Shown piece by piece: positions 7,208-16,063 of a DNA stretch of 17,744 nt (positions are counted from its first letter, which is position 1; each line of letters starts with the position of its first letter). The translations under genes and the position numbers were made by a program. The notes under the pieces were generated by a model that was not told the origin of the DNA, made no database searches, and worked only from the letters and a program-made list of their open reading frames with translations. Source of the stretch: Promethearchaeota archaeon (lineage in GTDB: Archaea > Asgardarchaeota > Lokiarchaeia > Sigyniarchaeales > SOKP01); NCBI GenBank assembly GCA_011364975.1, contig RDOE01000067.1, forward strand, positions 1-17,744. Direction: 5' to 3'.

Positions 7208-7588
7208 TTCTAAGTCACTAATGAGTTTCTCAAATTCTTCATCCTCTAATTCAAGTGTTTGAAAATTATGTAGCAATTCACAAATTAATTGTGCTAAAAT
7301 ATGTTTGCAGAAGTTACGTTTTTTTTTAATAACAACATTTTTATAAAAATCTTGACATGAACAAAACAAAGTGGGGTAGATAATATGTTCACAATTTTCT
7401 CCTAAAGCAACCCATACTATCCTATTCGAAGGGCTATAAGTAATTTTTGTGATACCCTTCCTTATTACATCAATAACTTTGTCACTTTTGTTAGGGTAAA
7501 GTGTTTCAATATACTCTATGAGTTCATTATCAATAAATTTCTTTTTCTTTAGTTTTAGTTTAAGCTCAAATATAAAATCTTTTGACAT
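7196..7588 (-). CDS. SWIM zinc-finger protein, SWS1/ZSWIM7-like
   Basis: CSCxxF...CKHILA SWIM motif, plus SPSNRIVWVALG resembling ZSWIM7 SPSGRRVYQVLG (recalled). Confidence 0.8.
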   Translation of the reverse strand: MSKDFIFELKLKLKKKKFIDNELIEYIETLYPNKSDKVIDVIRKGITKITYSPSNRIVWVALGENCEHIIYPTLFCSCQDFYKNVVIKKKRNFCKHILAQLICELLHNFQTLELEDEEFEKLISDLELKF

Positions 7589-7639
7589 TTTTTAATCATA
7601 ACAATATTAGTATTTTAAATTAATAAAAAGGATCCTCAC

Positions 7640-8947
7640 TTGAAAAAAATTTTATATTTTCCTACCAGGTATTTTCCAGCAATTTCAGGAGCAGAATTTT
7701 ATATCCAAAGAATTGCGGAAATACTTAATTTAAAATATAATTATAATGTAAACATAATTACATCGAATGCTCTTGATTTTAAGTCATTAAGAGCAGTTAA
7801 TGGTAAATTAGTAGATGAAAATAATAAATATTATAATATTGTAAATAATTTAAAAGTCAATCGTTATCCCATTAACTATTCACTAAGCTTAGATGCAAAA
7901 ACACAAATAGTGAAGGAATTAGCATCATCTCAGAAATTATTTCTCGATGACACACAAATAAAATATTTCTTATCAAATGGGCCATACTTAGAAAATTTAT
8001 TAAAGGAACTTGAAAAATTTAAACAGGATTCATATGATCTTATTCATACTACTTTTTATCCCTACTTTAATTTAGTAATTACACTGCTAATCGGAAAAAT
8101 AACAAATAAGCCAACAATTTGTACCCCCTTTTTCCACTTTTCTAATCCTAGGTATTTAAATTCTGCAGCTGTTAAAATTTTAGATAAATTCGACATAATT
8201 ATTTCCTGTACCAGCTCAGAAAAAGAATTTTTAATCAAAAATTTTAAGATTTCAGAACATAAAATTAGAGTAATACCTATGGGTGTAGATAATAAGATAT
8301 TTTCCGCATCCTTACATAAAGATAACCATGAATATAGCTTTAAACAAAAATACTTCAGAAAAAAAGAAAAATGTTATAAAATGGTATTATTCTGTGGATA
8401 TAAGAATTTTGAGAAAGGTGCATTATCAATTCTCAAAGCAATACCTCTTATAGTTAACAAATTTAGAAAAGTATATTTTGTGTTTATTGGACCATCAACG
8501 ATAGCTTTTAATAGAGAACTTTCTAAACTCCAAAAATTGAGAGATTACCGAATTATTAATCTCTCACCAGATAATTTAAAGGGGTATTTTGACAAAAAAA
8601 AAATTGCGGCATTTCAAGAAACTGATCTTTATTTAATGCCTAGTAGAAGTGATGCTTTCGGCATCGCTTATCTAGAAGCATGGGCTTCTGGAAAACCTGT
8701 TATTGGGGCAAAGATAGGGGCAACTCCTGAAGTAATACGTCAAGATATTGATGGTTTTTTAGTGGACTTTAACAATCCTATTGATATAAGTGATAAAGTA
8801 ATTAAGCTCTTAAAGAATAAACGATTAAGACATAAACTGGGAAATTCTGGTAAAGAAAAGATTGAAAAATTTTTTACGTGGGATATTATTACAAAAAAGA
8901 CTCATGAATTATACCAAGAATTAATTACAGAATGGGGAAAAAAATGA
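7640..8947 (+). CDS. GT-B glycosyltransferase family 4
   Basis: YFPAISGAE, VIPMGVD, KG, MPSRSDAFGIAYLEAWASGKPVIG, FTWD. Confidence 0.92.
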   Translation: MKKILYFPTRYFPAISGAEFYIQRIAEILNLKYNYNVNIITSNALDFKSLRAVNGKLVDENNKYYNIVNNLKVNRYPINYSLSLDAKTQIVKELASSQKLFLDDTQIKYFLSNGPYLENLLKELEKFKQDSYDLIHTTFYPYFNLVITLLIGKITNKPTICTPFFHFSNPRYLNSAAVKILDKFDIIISCTSSEKEFLIKNFKISEHKIRVIPMGVDNKIFSASLHKDNHEYSFKQKYFRKKEKCYKMVLFCGYKNFEKGALSILKAIPLIVNKFRKVYFVFIGPSTIAFNRELSKLQKLRDYRIINLSPDNLKGYFDKKKIAAFQETDLYLMPSRSDAFGIAYLEAWASGKPVIGAKIGATPEVIRQDIDGFLVDFNNPIDISDKVIKLLKNKRLRHKLGNSGKEKIEKFFTWDIITKKTHELYQELITEWGKK

Positions 8948-10179
8948 AAAATATTGCGGGAAATGCATATCTTAATAAATTTGATGACCAAATTCTAGCT
9001 GATTCTGTTTCAATTAGAGAGGTTTTAAAAATTTCTGATACACCATTTATGATTTTTTTGGAAAATAGAATAAGAGAAAACATAAGAAATTTCTGTAATA
9101 CATTTAAATCAATCTTTAGTAATTTTGAGAGTTATTATTCATTCAAAGCTAATTATCTTCCCGAAATTTGTAGAATTATACAAAGCGAAGGAATAGGTGC
9201 TGAGCTTGTCGGATTACCCGAATTAAATCTAGCTCTTAGCCTTGGATTTCCATCTGATAAAATAATAGTAGGAGGCCCATACTTACCAGACAATCTTATT
9301 GATAAATCAATAAACAAGGATGTTAGAGAAATTATTGTGTATAATCTTAATGATTTAAATCGTATAAACGAGTTTGCGAGAAAATATGATAAAGTTCAAA
9401 ATATCTGTTTAAGGATTAAATCTACTAAATTTGCAAGTAAATTAGGTATCTCATCTAGTTTAACTAAAATAAATATATTAAAAGATTTATTGAAAAAGAA
9501 TAAAAATATAAAGTTAAAAACTATTTTATCTCACTATTCTACTCAAATGAATAATTTCGAGCAATATAGCGAAAACATAATGAATATTATACATTTTTAT
9601 GAAGTTCTACAAAAACATAATATTGATATTGAGAATATTAACTTAGGAGGAGGATTTCCTGAAGCTTCTATAATGCATAAAGAAAGGTTAAAGATAATTG
9701 CCCAAAATATTAAATCTATATTAGAACAACATGATATAAATTATAAAAAAGTATACGCTGAGCCAGGGCGTTATTTTGTAGGTGATTCTGGATTATTTAT
9801 CACTCATATTTTAAAAAAAACTTCAGAAAGATGGATATACATAAATATTGGAAATCATATCTGCCCTAAATTCGCAAGATGTTCCCTAAGATTTTATAAT
9901 GGTTCTAGGATAAATGATCCACATAAATTTAAAACTTCTATAGCCGGAATAATTCCAACAGACCAAGATGTGTTAGTAAAAGATTACTTTTTTACGAAAG
10001 AATTAAAGGAGGGGGATTTTGTTATGGTAACTAATGTAGGTGCCTATTGTTTAACCTTTTCTAATAGATTTCCTTATTCATTGCCAAATATTTTCTTAAT
10101 AAAAGGTGAAAATATTCAAAAAATATTTGATCAAGAGATCCAAGGTGATTTTTTCATTAATTCATCAAAAATATACTAA
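8944..10179 (+). CDS. Fold-type III PLP enzyme, diaminopimelate/ornithine decarboxylase-like with atypical active site
   Basis: YSFKAN (PLP Lys), SKLG, HYSTQ, NLGGGF, EPGRY, GAY. Start placed at the ATGA overlap 8944-8947. Confidence 0.8.
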   Translation: MKNIAGNAYLNKFDDQILADSVSIREVLKISDTPFMIFLENRIRENIRNFCNTFKSIFSNFESYYSFKANYLPEICRIIQSEGIGAELVGLPELNLALSLGFPSDKIIVGGPYLPDNLIDKSINKDVREIIVYNLNDLNRINEFARKYDKVQNICLRIKSTKFASKLGISSSLTKINILKDLLKKNKNIKLKTILSHYSTQMNNFEQYSENIMNIIHFYEVLQKHNIDIENINLGGGFPEASIMHKERLKIIAQNIKSILEQHDINYKKVYAEPGRYFVGDSGLFITHILKKTSERWIYINIGNHICPKFARCSLRFYNGSRINDPHKFKTSIAGIIPTDQDVLVKDYFFTKELKEGDFVMVTNVGAYCLTFSNRFPYSLPNIFLIKGENIQKIFDQEIQGDFFINSSKIY

Positions 10180-10276
10180 TTAGATTGGATAAAAAATAAT
10201 ATCTGTGTATTATATTAATTCTAATTTTTCACATATATTATTTCTATAATACAACTAAAACCTTATTTGTTTCTCT

Positions 10277-11383
10277 ATGGAATCTTTAATTAGAAATGCT
10301 CAAAAAAGAGAAGTCGTGAGACCTAATAAAGAACAATTTGGCTATGCTAACATTAAAATAGTAGGCTGTGGAGGCGCTGGGAATAACACTGTTGATCGAT
10401 TAATGAAAATTGGCATTAAGGGAGCTAAATGTGTAGCAATTAATACCGATTTACAACACTTAGAAAGCGTAGAATCGCATATAAAATTGTTAATTGGAAG
10501 AAATTTAACGAGAGGTTTGGGGGCTGGGGGAAACCCAGAAATTGGGAGAGCCGCAGCAGAAGAACAAAGAGAAGACTTAACAAAAGTTTTGCGAGAATCT
10601 AATTTAGTATTTATTACATGTGGAGAAGGTGGAGGTACTGGCACTGGAAGTGCCCCTATTGTTGCAGAAATAGCCAAACTGGAAGGAGCAATAGTTGTAG
10701 GTGTTGTTACATTACCTTTTAATACTGAGATAGGACGTATAGATAAAGCTCAATTAGGATTGAACGAATTGAGGAAATATGCGGATACTTTGGTAGTAAT
10801 TGATAATAACCGGTTATTAGATATTGCTCCTGATTTGCCCATAATTGAAGCCTTTAGTGTAGCCGATGAAGTATTGGCTACTATGGTTAAAGGAATTACA
10901 GAAACAATTTCATTACCATCATTGATCAATTTAGATTTCGCAGATGTGAGAACTATTTTAAGTACGGGAGGTGTAGCAATAGTTGGAGTGGGTGAATCTG
11001 GAAATAAGGATAGTAGAGTGGAAGAAGCAATAGAGGATGCTTTAAATTCACCACTTTTAGACGTATCAATTGATGGCGCAAAAGGAGCATTAATTCATAT
11101 ATGCGGTGGAAATGATATGACTTTAGCAGAAGCAAATTCAGTAGCGAAAAAAATTTCAGAGAAAATGGATGTTAATGATTCAATGGTAATCTGGGGAGCA
11201 AGAGTAAATGACGAATTTGATGGATATTTGAGAGTAATGCTTCTTATAACCGGTATTAAATCTCCACAAATTTTTGGTAAAGAAACAACAAATGTTCAAT
11301 CAATTAGTTCCGATAGATTACCAAAACAAAAAGTAGGATTATCAGACGATATTTTTAATATAGGAGAGTTATCGTTCGATTAA
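10277..11383 (+). CDS. ftsZ: Cell division protein FtsZ (FtsZ2-like motifs)
   Basis: GCGGAGNN, NTD, GGGTGTG, PF..E..R, T7 loop INLDFADV. DNNRLL and PSLINLD resemble the archaeal FtsZ2 clade. Confidence 0.96.
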   Translation: MESLIRNAQKREVVRPNKEQFGYANIKIVGCGGAGNNTVDRLMKIGIKGAKCVAINTDLQHLESVESHIKLLIGRNLTRGLGAGGNPEIGRAAAEEQREDLTKVLRESNLVFITCGEGGGTGTGSAPIVAEIAKLEGAIVVGVVTLPFNTEIGRIDKAQLGLNELRKYADTLVVIDNNRLLDIAPDLPIIEAFSVADEVLATMVKGITETISLPSLINLDFADVRTILSTGGVAIVGVGESGNKDSRVEEAIEDALNSPLLDVSIDGAKGALIHICGGNDMTLAEANSVAKKISEKMDVNDSMVIWGARVNDEFDGYLRVMLLITGIKSPQIFGKETTNVQSISSDRLPKQKVGLSDDIFNIGELSFD

Positions 11384-11430
11384 AATCATTTTTTCTACTC
11401 CTTTATATATCATTTTTAAAAATTAAATCT

Positions 11431-11799
11431 ATGGATCAAAAATTCTCAAATAAGACTCAAAAAGAAATTGATGAGTTATTAAGAAGATTAAATGAATGGG
11501 AGAAATACTTTTCAATTAACCTAAATTATTTTTACGAGGGATGGGCCCTTTATTTTAGGGAAAGAACTATGTATCCCCGGCTTATTGTGGTATTTAAACC
11601 ATATTCTGAGTCAACTTTTTCGCTAAGTAGTTTCGAAATTCACACCTGTATAGAAAATAAAGAAAGATTTAGACAATTATATTTAAATAATAAGATTCCA
11701 AACGTCAATGATTTAATTTCGGAGTTTAAAAAGGTTCTTTATGGAAAGGATATAATCTCCTCACTCTCAAATGAATATCATTTAAATCGTTATCCTTAA
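11431..11799 (+). CDS. Hypothetical protein
   Basis: 122-aa ATG ORF filling the gap between ftsZ and the KH gene; globular, aromatic-rich. Confidence 0.65.
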   Translation: MDQKFSNKTQKEIDELLRRLNEWEKYFSINLNYFYEGWALYFRERTMYPRLIVVFKPYSESTFSLSSFEIHTCIENKERFRQLYLNNKIPNVNDLISEFKKVLYGKDIISSLSNEYHLNRYP

Positions 11800-11824
11800 A
11801 TTTTTCAGAATAAACATATCTGTA

Positions 11825-12382
11825 TTAAAATTCTGGTTTATAAAATTTCTTGAATTCTTCTTTCTTCTTTTCATTATATTTCCTTTCTAAGAACTTTAAT
11901 ACGGAGTGATGGGGCATACCGTTAAGCAGCATACTTACAGCTTTTCTCGCAATTTGTAGATTTTCATATTCTGCTATTAAAGAAATGGTTTTTCCATATA
12001 CTGATACATAACTTTCAGCATATCTTTCAATAGCTTTTCTGATCTCCCCATTTCGTCCTATTATTCTTCCTTTCATCCTTTTTACTTTTTTTTCTGACTT
12101 TCCTAAAAGATTATATAAATTAAATATTTCAAGATCATAAGTCTCATCAAGTAATTTCATTGCTTTATTTGGATTAAAACCTCTATTTATTGCGTTTATA
12201 ATCTTTTGCCCTAGAAAAATATTAAGTGGGTTATATTTCGGATGATCAAGAATTGGTTTAATATCAAAATCTCCGGTTTTACTATCTAAGATAATATTAA
12301 CTCCTAATGATTCTTCAATTCCTTTTTTGGTTTCCCCATCCTTTCCAATAACAACTGCTATTCTATTTTTTCCTACTTTCAT
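11825..12382 (-). CDS. dim2: KH-domain pre-rRNA processing protein (Dim2/Pno1/Krr1 family)
   Basis: RIAVVIGKDGETK, AINRGF, RMKGRIIGRNGE, SVYGKT, G.PH.SV. Confidence 0.92.
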   Translation of the reverse strand: MKVGKNRIAVVIGKDGETKKGIEESLGVNIILDSKTGDFDIKPILDHPKYNPLNIFLGQKIINAINRGFNPNKAMKLLDETYDLEIFNLYNLLGKSEKKVKRMKGRIIGRNGEIRKAIERYAESYVSVYGKTISLIAEYENLQIARKAVSMLLNGMPHHSVLKFLERKYNEKKKEEFKKFYKPEF

Positions 12383-12393
12383 AATTTACAACG

Positions 12394-13254
12394 CTATTTA
12401 TTTATATTAATAATTTCATAATAAAAATCTTCTGGATCAGGAGTTTTTAATCCCAATTTTTCAAAATAATTAAAAATATTTTTAATATCTCTTACTAAAT
12501 AAACTTCTGCTTTTGGATGTTCCTTGGTTACTGCTTGTGAGATATCAATTATAACAGGTTTTTTATTGTGAAATAAAATGTTGAACTCTGATAAATCGGC
12601 ATGAACTAAATTAGCCTTTTGATATAAAATTTTCATAAAGTCCGTAATCTCATTAAAAGTCTTTTTAGGATCTTCTAAATCCTTGATATCTTTAAGTCTA
12701 GGGGCTGGTGTTGATTTAAATCCAATATATTCCATAATTAATACATTATCTTTAACATATATCGGTTTGGGTACTTTTAGACCCACTTTATACGCTCTTT
12801 TAAGATTTTTAAATTCCTTACCTGCCCACAAAAAGATAATTTTTGTGACATTATGTGGAATCTTTTTATATCGAGGATCTCCAATAATATAGTTTTTCAT
12901 CCATTTTGAGGTGTTATTATCTATTTTATAGATTTTTACTGCTACTTCTTCCCCAATATTGTTATATGCTAAGTAGACATTAGCCTCTTTACCTGCGGAA
13001 ATAATCCCTTCAATTCTGTGTAATATTTGATTTTTAAGAATTTGATTTACAAGAAAGAACGTCCTTTCATCGAATACCGAATCGACAGTTGCTCTTCTCT
13101 TAGTATAATCGACCTTTTTGATTCTTTTAACATCAATACTTTTCTTTTCTAAATCATCTAGATTTAAGTTATTTCCATGCTCAATATCATCTACCATTAG
13201 ATCCTCCTCAATTTCAGGTTCTTTCTCTTCTTGAATATTATCATTTTTTTTCAA
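12394..13254 (-). CDS. rio1: RIO1 atypical serine kinase/ATPase
   Basis: ISAGKEANVY, AVKIY, YIIGDPRY, WAGKEFKNL, LVHADLSEFNIL, IIDISQAV..HP. Confidence 0.95.
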   Translation of the reverse strand: MKKNDNIQEEKEPEIEEDLMVDDIEHGNNLNLDDLEKKSIDVKRIKKVDYTKRRATVDSVFDERTFFLVNQILKNQILHRIEGIISAGKEANVYLAYNNIGEEVAVKIYKIDNNTSKWMKNYIIGDPRYKKIPHNVTKIIFLWAGKEFKNLKRAYKVGLKVPKPIYVKDNVLIMEYIGFKSTPAPRLKDIKDLEDPKKTFNEITDFMKILYQKANLVHADLSEFNILFHNKKPVIIDISQAVTKEHPKAEVYLVRDIKNIFNYFEKLGLKTPDPEDFYYEIININK

Positions 13255-14181
13255 TTATCCCTCATCTCGCAATATATATAGAGATATTTTTTCATCAAAG
13301 AATTGGTTATAATCCTTTACTATTTTTAAATCATTTTTATCTCTTAATACTACCATCTTTTTAGTAATATTTTCAATAAAATATTTCTCTTCATTTAGCA
13401 AAATCCAATCTGACTTTTTGAAAGGTAAGAATTTTACAAGAGTTTTTAACCTGTAAAGATTTCGACCTTTTTGAGAATCCCTTCCTACTAATTTTTGTGA
13501 TCGCTTCAATATAAAATGATAATTAGGCTTTAAAAATGAAATAATCTTTTTCATTAATTCATTAGTACTCAAATAAAGGTCAACTCCATATTTTTGATCT
13601 TCAAGTTTTGATATATATTGTCTATTATCTTCAAAAAACAGACTTTCTACATACATTTGTATTTTTGAAAGAGCATCTGCGATTACATCAAAAAAGATTT
13701 CATTACTTACTCTTAATTGGATGATTGATAAAAAATATATACCCGACTTTAAATTTGAACAATTTTTACAGAGTTCATAATTAATATTAATATTAACTCT
13801 TTGCTCATAAACTAATTTAACATTTTCAATTAGTTTACCTCTTACTATTAATGTAAACGATTTTATTAAACCACTTGAACTATAGATTAAGGTCTGATCA
13901 TCATGAATGAAAACAAAATCAATTAAATTTGATTTTAAATAATTTTTTAACAAAAATCTTTTCACTACTTCTTCAATTATAGAAAAAACATCATCCGATT
14001 GGCATTCTACCCATTCCTCTTTTTTAGAATATTTTCCACATTCATTACAAATTTTAATGGAAAAGGAATCAGGTAATTCAAATAAAGGATTTTCATTTAG
14101 GTAACAGTTCATACACATATTATAATGGGTGGATTTGTTGTCTAATGCTTTTCCACAAACAGCACAAAATCTATGAGGCAT
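13255..14181 (-). CDS. nmd3: NMD3-family large-subunit biogenesis protein
   Basis: CAVCG, CMNC, CNEC, CKNC, SIIQLR, GVDLYLST, KLVGRD...LYR. Confidence 0.92.
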   Translation of the reverse strand: MPHRFCAVCGKALDNKSTHYNMCMNCYLNENPLFELPDSFSIKICNECGKYSKKEEWVECQSDDVFSIIEEVVKRFLLKNYLKSNLIDFVFIHDDQTLIYSSSGLIKSFTLIVRGKLIENVKLVYEQRVNININYELCKNCSNLKSGIYFLSIIQLRVSNEIFFDVIADALSKIQMYVESLFFEDNRQYISKLEDQKYGVDLYLSTNELMKKIISFLKPNYHFILKRSQKLVGRDSQKGRNLYRLKTLVKFLPFKKSDWILLNEEKYFIENITKKMVVLRDKNDLKIVKDYNQFFDEKISLYILRDEG

Positions 14182-14477
14182 TAAAACATCATCTTTAAAG
14201 CCATTGGAATACCATTTATCTTCCGAACGCCATCTTCTGGTAATATTTTTAGATTAATCGCTCCGTTTGTTATATTCTCTCCAACTATATTGAAAAAGGA
14301 AGCTTCTTTTAAAATTTCCAATGCTTCCTCGATATCTAGAAGAGTTCCACCAAAAAATTGTTTATTTATCTCAATTCTTAAGTTTCCCTCTTTAAATTCT
14401 TGATCTATGAGCAATTCATCACAACAAGCTATGGTTTCAATACCATTTCGTCTATGAATTTTAAGATATACTTTCAT
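14181..14477 (-). CDS. DUF424-family protein
   Basis: MKVYLKIH...IACCDELLI...FFGG...NIVGE...INGIP. Start moved to ATG 14477 to avoid a long overlap with aIF2-beta. Confidence 0.88.
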   Translation of the reverse strand: MKVYLKIHRRNGIETIACCDELLIDQEFKEGNLRIEINKQFFGGTLLDIEEALEILKEASFFNIVGENITNGAINLKILPEDGVRKINGIPMALKMMF

Positions 14478-14491
14478 TTTTAAAATTCTCA

Positions 14492-14905
14492 CTACTTTTC
14501 TTTTATTTCTTCTCTTGCACCACATGCAGTACATTTAAGAAATAACTTTTTACCTTCTCTTTGAATTTCGGTATCTGGTTTATTACATATTCTGCACAAG
14601 ACATATGTTTTTGAATATTGTTCAATTAATTTATTTAATACTTGTTCTTTATAAGTTCCTTTTAAAAATAATTGTTGACCTCTTAGTTCTCCCATTGTTC
14701 CTGCCTTTTTTAAAAAAATCCCCATAAAATGCTTTTTATCACGATTCAAAGTGTTAATTATCTTGTTAAAATTAGTAATATATGTGTTTTTTGCCTCAAT
14801 TCGAATCTCGACAGTAGGAATTTCAAATCTCGAAGACTTTTTTACATTATCTGGAATCTTTTCATAAGCTTTATCCAATAGCTCATCGTAATTTCTTAAA
14901 TTCAT
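14492..14905 (-). CDS. eif2b: Translation initiation factor 2 subunit beta (aIF2-beta)
   Basis: YDELLDKAY, RFEIP, TNF...LNRD, YVLCRICNKPDT, LKCTACGA. Confidence 0.96.
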   Translation of the reverse strand: MNLRNYDELLDKAYEKIPDNVKKSSRFEIPTVEIRIEAKNTYITNFNKIINTLNRDKKHFMGIFLKKAGTMGELRGQQLFLKGTYKEQVLNKLIEQYSKTYVLCRICNKPDTEIQREGKKLFLKCTACGAREEIKEK

Positions 14906-15039
14906 CTGAAAAACTTTTTAATTCTAATTATATCTAAGATAATTAATATTTAGCGTAAAAATAATTTTTCTATTTTAAAAAAATTGAATTAAAAATTTAT
15001 CATTAAAATATAGGTAATCAACAATCTCAAGAAGGATGC

Positions 15040-15813
15040 TTAAAAGCTCTGATATAAATTTTCCTCTGATTGATATATTCTTGACTCCATTTCAAGATCC
15101 TTGATATAAGTCCTAATTTTTTCTTCAGGAATATTCAATTTTAATTTTAATTCACTTAGAGTAATTCCATTTCCATTTTGAGAATATTCTTCAATAATCG
15201 AATAAATATGTTCTTTAATTGTATTAACTTCAGGTGATCGATCATTTTCAAATAATGTGTCAATATCAATATCATCTGAAATATCGTTAAACAAGAATTC
15301 TTCTTCTGTGTTTAACGAATTATCCCTTTTTGAATAATCACCATCATCAGTTGGAATTTCATAGAGGTTCTCGTTTTTCATTTTTTTAATTATTTTAGCA
15401 TCATTTAGTAGAATGTAATTCGGACTATCTAGTAGGTTAACATTTTCAAGTGAAATTTGAACTTTATTATTCCAACTTCTAATTTTCCCAATTATATTTA
15501 CCATGTCTCCCCTCTTTAAATTTTTATAAAACTCAGAGTCAACATTCCACTTAATTGCAGAAATTACTCCAGAACCATCGTCTAAGATGAACCTATAATT
15601 GAGATTAGTATCTTTTGATATATCTTCATCATTAGATAATTTTTTACTAATTAATTCTTCCTTTTCGATAATTGTTGCAACCAATCTCGTCCTTTTGAGG
15701 TTTCCAAATATAGTAAATAGCGATTTATCTTGATCATTATATTTACCTTCTAGAATTTGTTTTATCCAACATTCTATAGCAGGAAAAAATTGGTAATTTT
15801 GGATATTTGACAT
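15040..15813 (-). CDS. RPA32/RPA2-like ssDNA-binding protein (OB fold, acidic linker, winged helix)
   Basis: RTRLVATI, FILDDGSGVISAIKW, GDMVNIIGKIRSW; C-terminal GITLSEL...IKDLEMESRIYQ. Alternative TTG start at 15825. Confidence 0.8.
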   Translation of the reverse strand: MSNIQNYQFFPAIECWIKQILEGKYNDQDKSLFTIFGNLKRTRLVATIIEKEELISKKLSNDEDISKDTNLNYRFILDDGSGVISAIKWNVDSEFYKNLKRGDMVNIIGKIRSWNNKVQISLENVNLLDSPNYILLNDAKIIKKMKNENLYEIPTDDGDYSKRDNSLNTEEEFLFNDISDDIDIDTLFENDRSPEVNTIKEHIYSIIEEYSQNGNGITLSELKLKLNIPEEKIRTYIKDLEMESRIYQSEENLYQSF

Positions 15814-15998
15814 TTTTAATTCCAAATCATTGAGATATAATGCTGATTATTATTCTATTTAAACTATTAAGCAAATAAAGATTTAATTATTAATACTTCA
15901 ATATTATTCATTTTCTGCAATAAGAGTTAGAAATCCAAACTCTAAACCTAAGTATTTTTTAGATGAAAAAGTAGCGGGGGTTCGATTTGAACGAACGA

Positions 15999-16029
15999 TT
16001 CCGCCGATTGCCCGTAAGTGAGCAAGCGT
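15999..16029 (-). other. Non-canonical variable-loop tRNA intron (about 46/47), 31 nt
   Basis: Relaxed BHB CTGA-GA|A against GCGG-AA|T; internal stem TTGCTC/GGGCAA. Removal restores the variable loop AGATC. Confidence 0.8.
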
Positions 16030-16038
16030 TCTCAGGGT

Positions 16039-16063
16039 ATCTCAATAGAGACATATCTCCGTT
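16039..16063 (-). other. Canonical 37/38 tRNA intron, 25 nt
   Basis: BHB: CTCA-TA|A pairs with TGAG-AT|A; internal hairpin GGAGA-TATG-TCTCT. Confidence 0.88.

Noticed and set aside
8932-8943. Upstream ATG for the LysA-like ORF
   Set aside because: The ATGA overlap at 8944 is the more plausible coupled start.
6573-8947. TGA stops at 6573-6575 and 8945-8947 as possible selenocysteine codons
   Set aside because: Both are ATGA stop/start overlaps at natural protein ends; no SECIS-like element was recognised.
10342-11135. Two minus-strand ORFs (111 aa and 60 aa)
   Set aside because: Both lie entirely antisense within ftsZ.
12683-12892. 69-aa plus-strand ORF
   Set aside because: Antisense within rio1.
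14478-14534. N-terminal extension MYCMWCKRR... of DUF424
   Set aside because: Overlaps the aIF2-beta C-terminus in another frame; family similarity begins at MKVYLK.
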